DNA of 64,000 nucleotides from Octopus vulgaris (Eukaryota): the NCBI GenBank assembly GCA_951406725.2, contig OX597823.1:96224001-96288000 (forward strand), in the 5' to 3' direction. The notes below the pieces were generated by a model. The model did no database searches. It was given only the letters and a program-made list of their open reading frames with translations, and was not told the DNA's origin. The position numbers and the translations under genes are program-made. Shown here in pieces: positions 38,892 to 51,824 of the stretch. The first letter of the stretch is position 1. The number at the start of each line of letters is the position of its first letter.

Positions 38892-39063
38892 CTTCTGAAG
38901 TGTCTTCGGCGGACAGTAGAATGAAATCTTCCATTGCCATCCAAATGGTGGTTACCGTTGGATACCTGATCGTTTGTCTGCTGACTTACTTTGTGAGGAC
39001 CTGGAGGACTTTGATGATCATAATATCAACCCCGTCACTGGTGTTCGCCATCGTCTATCTCTG
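38892..39063 (+). CDS. SLC22-like gene exon (172 bp)
   Basis: tag|..TG|gtaggt; (A)SEVSSADSR..YFVRTWRTL..P; phase consistent with neighbours. Confidence 0.9.
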
Positions 39064-39882
39064 GTAGGTATTCAGGTATGTAAGAGTGGGTGGCTGGCTG
39101 GTTGGATGGATGGATGTGTATACACATGTATGGTTATATGATCAATGGATCTATGTATGTATGCGTGTATGGACGTCTATGTATATGTATAGCTGAATGT
39201 GTGTATGTGTATAAGTAAGTGGGTATTGATGTATGTATATAAGTATGGCTGGGTACGGGTGGAGTTAAGTATGTGTGGGTGTATGGTTGTATATATGTAC
39301 ATATATATGGATGTATTATGGGTAGATGGATGGATGTGTGTGTGCATGTATATACAACTCGTTACATAGTCGAATAGTAAACTTATAACCCTAACAAGTT
39401 CGTTTGGGAAGGCGGGAGGAGGTGGGGTGGGTGTTTATGTCGGACACTCTCCAGGATGAGAAACAAAACCCATCAAAGGACAGCTAGGGGTGAGAAACCC
39501 TTAATCTTTGTTTAGATATCTCTCTAGGGGGAGGAAAACGCTGATCTAACCCCTGTACCTTCGTTTGAATCCAATTATGTAGATTAGTTCTTCTTTTGGG
39601 GCGAAAGCATTCGATGTTTAGAGACGAGTAACTTGAGAAGCTTTAAATACAGGCTTCACCTGACTTTTAAACATCTTTATTAATATCAAAGATGCAGGCG
39701 TGGCTGTGTGGTAAGACGTTTGCTTCCCAACCACATGGTTCTGGGTTCAGTCCCAATGTATGGCACCTTGAACAAATGCCTATTTACTTATTTGTCTGTT
39801 TGTATGTATACATGTATGTATATATGAGTGTGTTTTTATATATGTGTGTATGTGGTTGTATTTTCCGTTTTCTATTTGCAAG

Positions 39883-40095
39883 TTTCCTAGACGAGTCTCC
39901 CCGATGGCTCCTCAATAAAAAGAGAACAAAAGATGCCAACATAATTCTTAGCAACATCGCCAAACTGAATAAAACAGTTTTGCCTCCAACAGAAATCGTC
40001 AACATTTCCTCATCGAACGAGAAAAACGTAGAAATCTGGAAAATGTTTACCATTCCTCAGCTTCTAAAACGGACCCTAATTTTGATACTAAACTG
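39883..40095 (+). CDS. SLC22-like gene exon (213 bp)
   Basis: aag|T..TG|gtaag; FLDESPRWLL..IAKLN..LLKRTLILILNW. Confidence 0.9.
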
Positions 40096-40139
40096 GTAAG
40101 TGATATTACATTTACCATTTTCTGTGTATTCTTTATCTT

Positions 40140-40390
40140 TTATCGTTTACTTGTTTCAGTCATTTGACTGCGGCCATGCTGGGGCACCGCCTTGAAAATG
40201 TTTTAGTTGAATTAATTGATCACAGAACTTTTTTTATGCCTGGTGCTTATTCTATTGGTTTATTTTTAACCATTAAGTTATGGGGACATAAACAAACCAA
40301 CACTGGTCATCAAGTGGTGATGGTGGTGAGGTGGGGTGGGTACTAATACTGACACAAAGACACACATACATAGTTATATATGTATGTATA

Positions 40391-40430
<40 letters not shown>

Positions 40431-40465
40431 TATATTTATATATATATGTACATATACATACATAC

Positions 40466-40516
<51 letters not shown>

Positions 40517-40982
40517 ATTAATGAAATAGACGCAATATGGAAGATACGAGAATGTTTATTAATCACTACAGTTGTTTCAACCCATCTAGCATTGGTCCCT
40601 CATGGCTGGGATTCTGAAGATCTGGTTTAGGTGTATCTATCAATGTAGATGTGTCTTTTCGGGTGATTTCAATAGGTATCTCGCTAAAATAAACTCTGTT
40701 TCACAAGATCTCTTCTCGGCCTTCGTGTATAGAAATGCCAATTTAAGTTATACACCTTCATTCTTATAGAAGATCCATAACAAATATCAGATACGAAAAG
40801 AAACAAATACACGATATAGCAAAAAAGTATATACATATATGATGGGCTTCTTTCAGTTTCCGTCTGCCAAATCTACTCACATGACTTTGGCCAGCCTATG
40901 GTTATGGCAGAAGACACTTGTTCAATGTGGAGCCATGTAGTTGGAGAGCAAGCTTCTCACCACACAGCCATGCATGCACCTA
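40140..40982 (-). mobile_element. CORE-type SINE copy interrupted by microsatellite and other sequence
   Basis: Family tail at 40140-40330 and head at 40840-40982. Confidence 0.6.
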
Positions 40983-41742
40983 TAGTGATCAGAATGATGC
41001 AGATATTTGTGGAAACAAAACTTGTGTATTTCAACAAAACCATGGTAACGAAAGGGTTAAATCTGAACAAGCTCTCTGATGTCTCTAAAAGTAGGTTATT
41101 AAAGTATTGACCATTCTCTGACAGGTTTGTGATCAAGCCTGCGTCAGTGGAGACTTCCGGCATTCTCGGCCCCGCAACCACATCCATGCTCACCACTATC
41201 AGGGTGGATACAGCTATCCGCAAGTGTGAGGTCAGAGTGGCTGTTCCAGTGCACCTTCCATATCATCCTCTGAGACAACACCTTTTCTACTTTGATGATT
41301 ATTTATGCAGGGCCCTTCATAAAATTTGGAAAAGTATTTCACTAAGAATTACCGAAGGCTAACAAGTGTCAGACACTACAGACAAATCAGTGAATTCTGC
41401 TAATCACGAAATATTTTCTACTCCATAAACATAAACACCCTATACACACATAAACTAAAAAAAAGGCCACATATACATACAAACCATCTACTCACCATTT
41501 ATCCAACGAACTAATGTTACTTTCATTAACTGGCTCTCATTGGCTAACTCTGTCTCGGTTGTTGAGTTGTCTTAGTTGTCTATATTAGACAGTTAGTTGT
41601 ATAACTTTACTTGCTGTTGGTCTCAACGTTCAAATTATCATAATTCTCTCTAAGAAATTACGCAACCATCTAACCAGGGTTTGATCTGCAATTTTTGTGC
41701 ATTTTTATACATTATATAAAATCTTTCGTTTCTTTTCTATAG

Positions 41743-41969
41743 GGTGATTGTGAGCTTGGTATATTTTGGCCTTTCTCTTAATGTTGGCAAATTGTATGGC
41801 AATCTCTATGTGAATTTTTTTTTGAATTCGTTTGTCGAGTTTCCAGCCTACATTCTGTGCATCCTTCTGTTAAATCGTGTTGGAAGAAAAAGAATGCATG
41901 CTAGCCTAATGGTTTTGACTGGAGTCGTCTGTATCACTGGAATATTTCCCGTCCTCTATGGCACTAAAG
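41743..41969 (+). CDS. SLC22-like gene exon (227 bp)
   Basis: tag|G..G|gtaaac; VSLVYFGLSLN..GNLYVNFFL..VEFPAY..RVGRK. Confidence 0.95.
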
Positions 41970-42028
41970 GTAAACAAACCATTATTATTATTGTTGTTGT
42001 TGTTATTATTATTATTATCATCATTATT

Positions 42029-42330
42029 GAGTGAAAGAGCAGCGCATGCCATCAAAATGACACTGGGGTACAATTATACGAAGCTCAATATACTCATCAT
42101 GATGATCCGTCTGATAAGGGTACACCAGACACATGCATCACAACCACATGTGCGCGACATGGTGATCGTATATCAAGATAAACAGCGCATGGCCTTGCAG
42201 GTGGGGCCCAGTTAGAATTTTCTTCAGGTTGAGTCGCCCATCCCACTCAAAAGATTTCTGATGAATGAAACATGTTTCCAGAGGTGAATTATTCAAACCC
42301 CAGAGAATTCCTGTCAACACATGGCTATGG
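42029..42330 (-). mobile_element. Non-coding interspersed repeat inserted in (AAT)n
   Basis: Reverse complement of 60884-61152. Both copies are flanked by AAT repeats. Confidence 0.7.
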
Positions 42331-43959
42331 TTATTATTATTAGGTCCTAATATTGTCTCCCCTGATTTCTTTAGACAACAAAGGATGGCAGATTTACAGC
42401 TGTTGGTTTAGCTGTGATGTTGCTGAGGCGCAATATAGCCGAGCGGGGGTGGTAGTTGTGTCTACTAATACAAGCTGTTTGATTGAACTGGTAGTTTCGG
42501 ATATATTAATTTTACTGTTCTCTTTTTCAAATATGCTGACACAGCAGAAACGATCTTCGGTATTCTATGGCGGAATCACCGATTAAAAATGGAATTTTCT
42601 CTATTTATATTCTTTTTCTCTTGAACTCTGAATTTCTTGAAATTCTTCTCAACGATATTTGGATTTGCTTATCTTACAAGCGGAATTACCTTGGATGTGT
42701 ATTCTACTTGCATTTATTGGGATCTGATTCTTGGATATAGTTAATTAAATTCGTTTAAAACTGAGTGCATTATTAATATCTACGTAGATTTTTTAAAATC
42801 CATTTTATCAACAATAATGGGCGGTGGACTGTCTGCAAACGGAATCTTCTTCCATGAATAAATTTATGGAATTTCTTTACCGCAAATATGATGGCTAATA
42901 AATAATAAAACAGATCGATAAAATGAGGCAAATGGTGAAAGGTTCGAAATGGGAACATAAAAGACTCATGAATCAGCTGAAAAGAAAGATTGTTGAAGAA
43001 TGGGTTACAAGGAAAGAAGAACTCATGGAAGTTCTCTGCAATATTTTCGATGAGCTGACTCTGCTAGAAGTCGTCGAACTAAGGCGTACTAGTAAAAGGA
43101 AAAGAAAACACACAGAATTCTTGGAGGTAGTTTCCCAAACGAAAACATATTAAGCTTCCGATGAAAGTAAATCCGAGGGAAGTAAAAAAGGGAGATGTGG
43201 TGTGAAAGACAATAAAAAGTATTTATTCACTTCCAACGGAAGTCAATCTCACAAGGGAAGATGTGGTGATAGACATTAACACCTCTGTGTGATTAAAAGG
43301 TGGACTCGTCGAACTCTTATGAAGAGTAAAGTGTCTCGTTGAGACGGGAAGAAGGAGTTGGAGTTTTACGTGTTGGTAGTCAGAAGTTACGCCTGGAAAT
43401 ACATTGCTTTGCCCCCTGCTTCGTTAAAATCCTGTATCTACAACCAAGGATATCAAAATGTATACACACACATACATACATACATACACACACTCGAGTG
43501 CGCACATACACACGCGTATGTCTTTATCTAGGTGTATGTGTTTGTCTCTGGATTTCTGTTTGCCCTCCACCAATGCTTGACAACTGGTGTGGGTGTCTTT
43601 ATGTCCCTGTAACTTAGCAGTTCAGATAAAGAAATCAAAATAAAAGGTACCAGGCATATAAAATATTAAAAAAACAAACAAATAGAAACAAAGCATATAT
43701 AAATAAATATATACATACACACGCACACATATTATGTAGGTAGGTAGGGTAAATCGCAGCTGTTTCCTCTTGAATCGCATCTGCTTATTCCATTATTACA
43801 ATCCAGTATGAAGTTAGTGTTGTTGTTGTTGTTGTATTGATGCGAAGTACAAATGAGAATTGGAAATTCTGGAAATATTGTTTTTTATTGAGTTTATATC
43901 TAGAGACAGCGCAAAGAAGCCTTCAACACTGACTGCTTAGTCCCGACTGTGAAGAATGA

Positions 43960-44460
43960 AAGTGGCTCTGTGATGATTTAGGTAGCCAAAATATGAAATT
44001 CTCTTGCCACGACATGGCAGATTTAATGCCAAGGATTATCGGAGTATTTTTGCTGGTCATATCCATACAATGGGGTAAATATTGTTCCCTGGTGGGAGCG
44101 CAATCTTCCAGGTCAGTAATGTGACAATTCACATGGTTAATGTTATTCAGAATTGGTAAGAAGAGCACAAAAACGAAATAAACCACCCCTACAATCATTC
44201 CACCCAAACATAACTGAACGTTTATGATGCATTTTGGAGTAACAAGGGAGAAGCTGTTTCCTTCCACCATTGGTGTGGAAAGACCTAAAGAAGGCTTTAT
44301 TAGAAGAATGGATCAAAATTCCCTTAACAACCATCCAGGACTTGTACAAGTCAATTCCTCAACATATTAAATCTGTGATTAATGCCAAACACGGACCAAT
44401 TATATATTAAATAATAAAACTTCCATTTAACCCGGTGTTTCCATTATTTTATCCAAACTC
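43960..44460 (+). mobile_element. Decayed Tc1 transposase C-terminal remnant
   Basis: ..LLEEWIKIPLTTIQDLYKSIPQHIKSVINAKHGP..Y*, followed by a TIR-like ggtgtttccattatttt. Confidence 0.6.
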
Positions 44461-45277
44461 TTTTAGTAGGACAGAATCGTTGCTGCACCAGACAAAAATG
44501 CTTAGTGGCATTTCATCTGGTTTGTGTTCTGGGTTCAAATCCTGACATGGTCGTTTTTGCCTTTCATTCTTTCACGATCAAAAAAATAAAGAACCAGTCA
44601 AGCACTGGGTTCGATGTAATGTTCCGTATGGTCAAATGGTTAAGAAGCTTACATCACAACCCCCATGGCTCCTGGTTCAATCCCACTGTGTAACATGTTC
44701 AGTTAATGTCATTTTCTATAACCTTGGCTCAACCCATACTTTCTACCTGCCTACTTGTATTTGCTTGTGGCATTCATCCGGGATGGATTGAGCAAGCTCG
44801 GACAGAGGTTTCAGTGAGGTCACAAGTTCACATGTGGTCCCTAGTCACATGCACACACACACACACTTTGGGATAGTGGGATCCATAACAGCTCATCTTG
44901 TTGTTGATTGTTGATCATCGTAGAGGATACACTGACCAAGTCTCTGCTAATTATTGAAGGAGACATAGCCTGGGTTTCAAGGAGATTTCTAAAGACATGC
45001 TTCAAAAAAAGCTAAGGCGTCACTCACTCCCAGTGGTCTTCCAGCATGCTGAGCACCAATCCACAATTTGTGAGGGCCTGTGCTTTGTGAATGAGACTTG
45101 GTAGGTGAAAACTGTAGAGAAGCCCACGTATTGAAATTATGTACAGTTTATTCAGCCATTGTGTCATTTGATTTTACCTGAGAATTATATTAAGGGTCCA
45201 CATGTCTGTGAAATACCGAAAAGGATTTTTTTTTGTTTTTGCTTAAGAATTCCCTCTTTTATCTGTTTCTTTTTCAG

Positions 45278-45459
45278 CCCATCGATGGATGTTAACGGCC
45301 AGTTCGATATTAGGCCGTTTGTTTATCACTGCAACTTTTGCAATCGTGTATTTATACACTTTGGAATTATATCCAACTTGTATAAGAAACGGTGCATTGG
45401 GGGCTTTGGCCACCTGTGCACGTGTTGGTGGGGCTTTGGCACCTTACATTCTCAACTTT
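45278..45459 (+). CDS. SLC22-like gene exon (182 bp)
   Basis: cag|..TTT|gtaagt; GRLFITATFAIVYLYTLELYPTCIRNGALG..ARVGGALAPY. Confidence 0.95.
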
Positions 45460-46226
45460 GTAAGTATTTAGATTCTTTCAGACTTGCTATTTGTTTTGTT
45501 GTTCGCCCCTTTTGTTACTCCACCCATCGTGGAACCAGCGCAACTAGTAAAGAGACAGAGATAGGCTTATCTTTCTATGGATTTACATAACAACATACGA
45601 ATAAGGAAATATTATCCATCAATAAAACAAACTCACTCTGCCTCTCTCTTCTGTTGGTTTAGTCCAGTCGGACATTTTTTATTTCTCCTTTGCGTTATTC
45701 CACACTTGTCTGTCTGCTAAACCTCGCATTTTTTTGCTGTTGTTGCTGTTGTACATGTATTAATTTTTTGCATCTTTTTTATTGTTGTCTTCGCTTGTCT
45801 CTTTGGCCATATTCTGTTTATTTGTCTCATTATTTTGTCCCTCGTCCGTCCACTAACAGTCTCGTCTCGAATTATTTTTATTCATTTCCATTTGTCCATT
45901 TCCGTATCCCTTTTTCATCTTTATTTGTCCGTCTCGTTTTGTCTTGTCATGTTTTGGTTACACTCCCGTCAAGTTCTCATGCTGGTTGCCTCCAGAGTGG
46001 AATATATATTGTCAATGAGGACAAGAAATTGCACCCGACCCCTTGGTCGATAACTGATGAGGAGTTAGTGACTTTCTGTGTTTGGTCTCCATCTGTGTAT
46101 TTAGTATATGTTTTTCAACTTTATCTCACCTTCCGCGTCTCTTTTCCATTCGTTTGCTTATTACTATACATATTTGACTTCTGAAAATATTATTCACGTA
46201 CCGCAACGCACTACTTGTTTTCTTTA

Positions 46227-46285
<59 letters not shown>

Positions 46286-46374
46286 ATAGAGTAAATAATA
46301 GCTTTAATGCTTTTTTTTAAAATAACAACAATTATTTACAGGTAGATTTCGGCATGTTAATGGTTATATATATA

Positions 46375-47892
46375 GGGTAAAAGTAAAATGAAACAAAGAA
46401 AATGCACACTAGGTGTATTGGCTTTTTTAAATAAAAAGAAAGATATATAAATACAAATAAATGATTTGAGGTGGAATTAAGAAGTAGAAAAATCATTATC
46501 ATAAGTCAATAGAGAAAGTCATTGAACAGCGATGACGAAACCGGTATGACTTTCTCTATTGACTTGTGATAATGATTTTTCGGCTCTTTTCCTTTTGATG
46601 GACGGAATTTTCTAGTTAACTAAACAATTTGAAACTTCGTATACTGGTAGAATGTGTCAAAAGAAAACATTATTGTAAACAAAATTGAAAACAAAATTGT
46701 AATTTATAAGTTTAACATTGTTTAATTCTTCGAATTTTAACCAATGAAATGCCAGCATTTGAGCTAAAATCATTTGCTGCGTCTAAAAACTCAGACAATA
46801 TCCTGTTGAACGCAAACAGCACATACACACACACACACACACACGTGTTATTCACACAGACACACACACACACACGTGTTATTCATCCTTCTCTTCTGTC
46901 TGTCTTCTGTCTTCTGCATGTGCTAGAAATAACAGCCATATCTCTGAAATCGATGAATTTCGTCGCCCAATAAAAATATTAACGATATTTTAAAAATCTT
47001 TTCTTTATTTTTTTTTACCGAAAAGGCTTCTCCTATAGTTTTGAAGGGCCAAAAACAACAAAAGCAAAACAATAATATGCCTAAATCGGTCTAGAGTGGG
47101 ATATGAGGGTACGCGTGGAGTGTGGGTCGTATTGTAAAAATTTGCGAAATATTTATTCATAAAAGGATGCCCCAGCTTGTCGGAGGCTGTGATATAAATT
47201 GGGAAAAAAATCCTCGACACCAGTGCGTAATTGGTACTTAATTTATCGACCCCGAAACGATGAAACATTGACCCCCCCTTTTGGTTTATTTACCTTTTGT
47301 GTAAATTTGTTGCGGCAAGGGGCAAAACACAGAGGGGACAAAGCTGTGTGTGTATGTATATCTCCGTTTGTATGTGTGTACGCTTATATATTAATTACTA
47401 TGTGCTTGTGCAAATGTATATGCATGTGTTTGAGAGAGAGAGTGAGAGAGAGAGAGAGAGAGTGACAAAGAGTGTGTGTGTGCAAGTGTACGTGTGTATG
47501 TATCTGAATATGTGTGTGTGTGTGTGTATGCGGCCTGCGTCTGCTCGTTTGTTTACAATATCGATAACGCAGCAAATGATTTGAGCTCAAATGCTGGCAT
47601 TTCATTGGTTAAAATTCGAAGAATTAAACTACGTTAAACTTACAAATTACAATTTTGTTTTCAATTTTGTTTACAATCATGTTTTCTTTTGACACATTCT
47701 ACCAGTATACGAAGTTTTAAATTGTTTAGTTAACTAGAAAATTCCGTCCATCAAAAGGAAAATATCCGATTTTTCTACTTCTTAATTCCACCTCAAATCA
47801 TTTATTTGTATTTATATATCTTTCTTTTTATTCAAAAAAAGCCAATACTTTTACACCTAGTGTGCATTTTCTTTGTTTCATTTTACTTTCCC
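46375..47892. repeat. Long fold-back palindrome (~148-bp arms, 23-nt loop) split by a MITE
   Basis: 46375-46522 is the reverse complement of 46546-46581 plus 47776-47892. Loop tgaacagcgatgacgaaaccggt. Confidence 0.85.
46582..47767. mobile_element. Non-autonomous DNA transposon with ~200-bp TIRs (GG termini, 8-bp TSD; Merlin- or Mutator-like)
   Basis: TIRs ggctcttttccttttgatggacgg.. and ..ccgtccatcaaaaggaaaatatcc; TSD gatttttc at 46574-46581 and 47768-47775. Confidence 0.9.
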
Positions 47893-47952
47893 TTATTTAT
47901 ACCACGTATAGCATTTTGTTAGAAACCTGTTTCTTTTATATACATACATACA

Positions 47953-48028
<76 letters not shown>

Positions 48029-48047
48029 TACATACATATACACACAG

Positions 48048-48087
<40 letters not shown>

Positions 48088-48214
48088 GCTGAAAGGAGAA
48101 CAGGGTGGTCATGGTGGGAATCCCTTTGACCATAAGTGTGCTGGTTCAGTAATGATCAGGGGCCAAACAATTACAAAAACAAAATCATTTTTTTCTTCTG
48201 CTTTTTTTTTTCAG

Positions 48215-48382
48215 TCAGATTTGGTTTCTGGCAAGGTTGGTCGAATACTGCCGATGGTTCTTATGGGAGCACTTTCCATAATCGCGGGGCTATTGTCACT
48301 GTTGCTACCCGAAACAAACAACCGGAAAATGATGGACAACTTCAATGATTTGACCAAATCTGGAAAACTGGAGTTCGCGTAG
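48215..48382 (+). CDS. SLC22-like gene C-terminal exon (stop at 48380-48382 if unspliced)
   Basis: cag|TCA; [36 protein letters not shown], with the LPET motif. Confidence 0.9.
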   Translation, partial: SDLVSGKVGRILPMVLMGALSIIAGLLSLLLPETNNRKMMDNFNDLTKSGKLEFA

Positions 48383-48929
48383 GTGTCTCTCATACAATTT
48401 AAACATCATCCTTGTCAACATCATCATCATCATTACCGTTTTCGTCAACATAACCATCGCCAATATAATTATCCTCCTCATCATCATTATTGTCAACATC
48501 ATTGCCATCATTATCATCATCATAACCATCACCATAAACAGCATAGTAATTATCTTCATCATCATCATCATCATTATGAACCAAGAAGCAAGCCCTTAAT
48601 CGATCATTCGACTTGCTAGAAATTACACCCTGTCACCTTAAAGAAAAGGAAGGACACGTTGAATATTTAGGCACCATGGCCAGAAAACAAAGCAGGTTGC
48701 TTTGGAACAATGTCCTGGGAAGGAAAGATTAACTGTTGTGGTTAGCAGTGCTGTAGCATGGGCAAGACCAAAGGACAGTTGCTCTCGACTCAAAGTCCTT
48801 AGAGACACAAAATTCCAAAAGAAAAATTAAATGAAATGCTTGTGTGGTAGGAAATTTGCTTCCCAACCACATGGTTTCAGGTTCAGTCCCACTGCATAAC
48901 ACATTGAGAAAGTGTTTTCTGTTATAGCT

Positions 48930-50265
48930 TCAATGATGATATGTAGCGTAAAAAACTGACACCACAAACTGGGAGACACCTTAAAAGTCCCATCACAGGC
49001 CCAATTTTCAGAGCTTTCTAGATCATCCAAGCATTTTTCTGAGGAATTTTGCTTGAGTCATTAAAGACCAAAAACAAGGACTCATTTTCTAAGTATTTAA
49101 CTGCATCAGGAATTTCAAACCCTGAACGACAAGTTGGAAGTGCTGGGATTCCTAAAGGATGCTGCCTCCAGTTACGTATGTTATGTGAAAGTCCAGGAAT
49201 TGTTCGCAACAATTATTGTGGTTCCTCATCGAGATTTTGGACAGCAGTAGCTATTACTTCCCGTGAAGATACTGTGTCCGTTCCCATTACTTCACTTTTC
49301 ATTGAATGCCTTTCGGGTATTAACATGTGCACTGCATATGTCGGTGAGCTGGCAGAAACGTTAGCACGCCGGGCGAAATGCTTAGCGGTATTTCGTCTAC
49401 CGTTACGTTCTGAGTTCAAATTCCGCCGAGGTCGACTTTGCCTTTCATCCTTTCCGAGTCGATTAAATAAGTACCAGTTACCCACTGGAGTCGATATAAT
49501 TGACTTAATCCGTTTGTCTGTCCTTGTTTGTCCCCTCTATGTGTAGCCCCTTGTGGGAAGTAAAGAAATAAGAAACATTTGTACGCCGGGTGAAATGTTT
49601 TTCGGTATTTCGTCTGTTTTTACATTCTGAGTTCAAATTCCGCTAGGGTTGACTTTACCTTTCATCCTTTCGAGGTCGATAAGTTAAGTACCAGTTGCGT
49701 ACTGGGATCGATTTAATCGATTGGCTCCCTCCTCCCAAATTTCGGGCCTTGTGCCTAGAGTAGAAATGAACATGTGCACTGCTAGCTGAGTGATTATGGG
49801 AACCCGTTGAAAAAATTTCTGGTATACTGGAGTTGAAAGTTGTATGTAGTCTAGCCCTGCAACCTTTGTAAAAACGTTCACAATGCCAATATATTTTTGT
49901 TTTGCTTCCATATACCATTCTTTTTGTATATATGATCCTCTTCGTCGCAAAGCTTACGTTTGTTCTTCTCTGATGTTATAAATGTTGCCATGGTTGAAGG
50001 TTTCAAAGTTCAAAGTTAAACTGAACAGAAAAAATTAGTCGTACAGTGAAATTCAGTTAAAAATGAGTAACAATGGCATAAACTTATACTTTAACTAACG
50101 ACTAATTAGTCGAGAAGTGTGTAACAAGGACGTGTGTAATTAGTTTTCTATAGACCGTTATGTTCCGAGTGGAATTTACTGTAGTGAAATTTGCCTTAGT
50201 AGAATACACCACAGCGAATTTTACCTATCGTGAAATTTACCGCAGTGGAGTTTGCCGCTCACGCC
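48930..50265 (-). mobile_element. Decayed MULE/Mutator element with FLYWCH domain
   Basis: YWHCERFYKGCRARLHT..SHNH (FLYWCH), WACDGTFK..P..QFFTLH (MULE DDE), and subterminal short repeats at ~50170-50260. Confidence 0.75.
49336..49768 (+). mobile_element. Composite of two SINE units inserted in the MULE element
   Basis: 14-bp TSD aacatgtgcactgc at 49322-49335 and 49769-49782; two tRNA-like heads. Confidence 0.8.
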
Positions 50266-50828
50266 AAAACGGTGCATAATGGGAAAATACTCTGAAAATA
50301 ACTTAACCCTGAAAGGGAAAAAACTCTTTCCATTAGACACATTATGATGAGGAAAATATTTTAAAGTGAAAATGACTTTAAAAATAGAGAGAGAGAGAGA
50401 TTGATAGATAAATAGTTCTCTATCAATTCTACATATGTGTGCATGTATGTATGTGTATGTGTATGTGTGTGCATATTTGTATGTGTTTATTCTCCCCTCC
50501 CCTGCTTGACAACCAGCATTGGCGAGTATATAGTCTCATAGCTGAAGGGTTCAGTACTAAATCCGAGCAGTGAAAGGTGGGCACTGTATGAGTGAAAATA
50601 GGAGGGCAAAAAGAGTGAGTCAGTGGTAGCTGAATGGATATGAGCCGAGACTAGCTAACTCCCAGGAGCAGCAGCAGAAGTAGGGAAGGTTTGCACAATA
50701 ACATCAACAGCAACAACATCATTGATTTTATAAGAGTCTTAATCATCATCATCATCTTGCCCATCATCTTCTGCATCATCAGCCGAAGCAATATCGTCGT
50801 CATCATCCTCCTCCTCATCATCATCACT

Positions 50829-50901
<73 letters not shown>

Positions 50902-51597
50902 CCATCATCATCATCACTATTATCATCATATTTCAAAATACTAAACATTATTTTGCTAAATGTCTGATTGGCTCTTTCCTCTTTTTCTTTCATTCTTTCT
51001 TCCCTTCCAGTACTAAAAAGGATGCAATTCTAAAGGAAGAAACTCACCCAATGAAACCGAGACAATCTGCAGAGGATATAAAATCTTAATGTATGTATGT
51101 ATGTATGTATGTATGTATGTATGTATGTATGTATGTATGTATGTATGTATGTATGTATGTATGCATGTATGCATGCATGTATGTTTGTATGTATGAATGT
51201 TTGTATATATGTATGCATGTCTGTATATGTATATACGCACATAATTGTGTTTGTATGTATATACGTACTTGATTGTGTATATATGTTTGTATATAGTACG
51301 TTATATTGTATGTATATACGTACGTGATTGTGTGTATTATGTATGCATATATGTACATGATTGTGTGTATATGCACGTATGTATATATGTACATGATTGC
51401 GTATGTATGTATATGCGTACGTGATTGTGTGTGTATGTATGTATGTATGTATGTATATATGTATGTATGTATGTGTGTATGTATGTATGTAGGTAGGTAT
51501 GTACGTGTGTGCATGCATGTATGTATATAGAAGCATATATGTGAGCACACACATGCACACGCAGACAGACAGATAAATAGATAGATAGATAGATAGG

Positions 51598-51672
<75 letters not shown>

Positions 51673-51690
51673 GTGGGTTTTGGGTGGGTG

Positions 51691-51824
<134 letters not shown>

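Noticed and set aside
46052-46195. CTGATGA..GAAA pair as a possible hammerhead
   Set aside because: The core halves are about 120 nt apart and stem I does not pair. At best a dead relic
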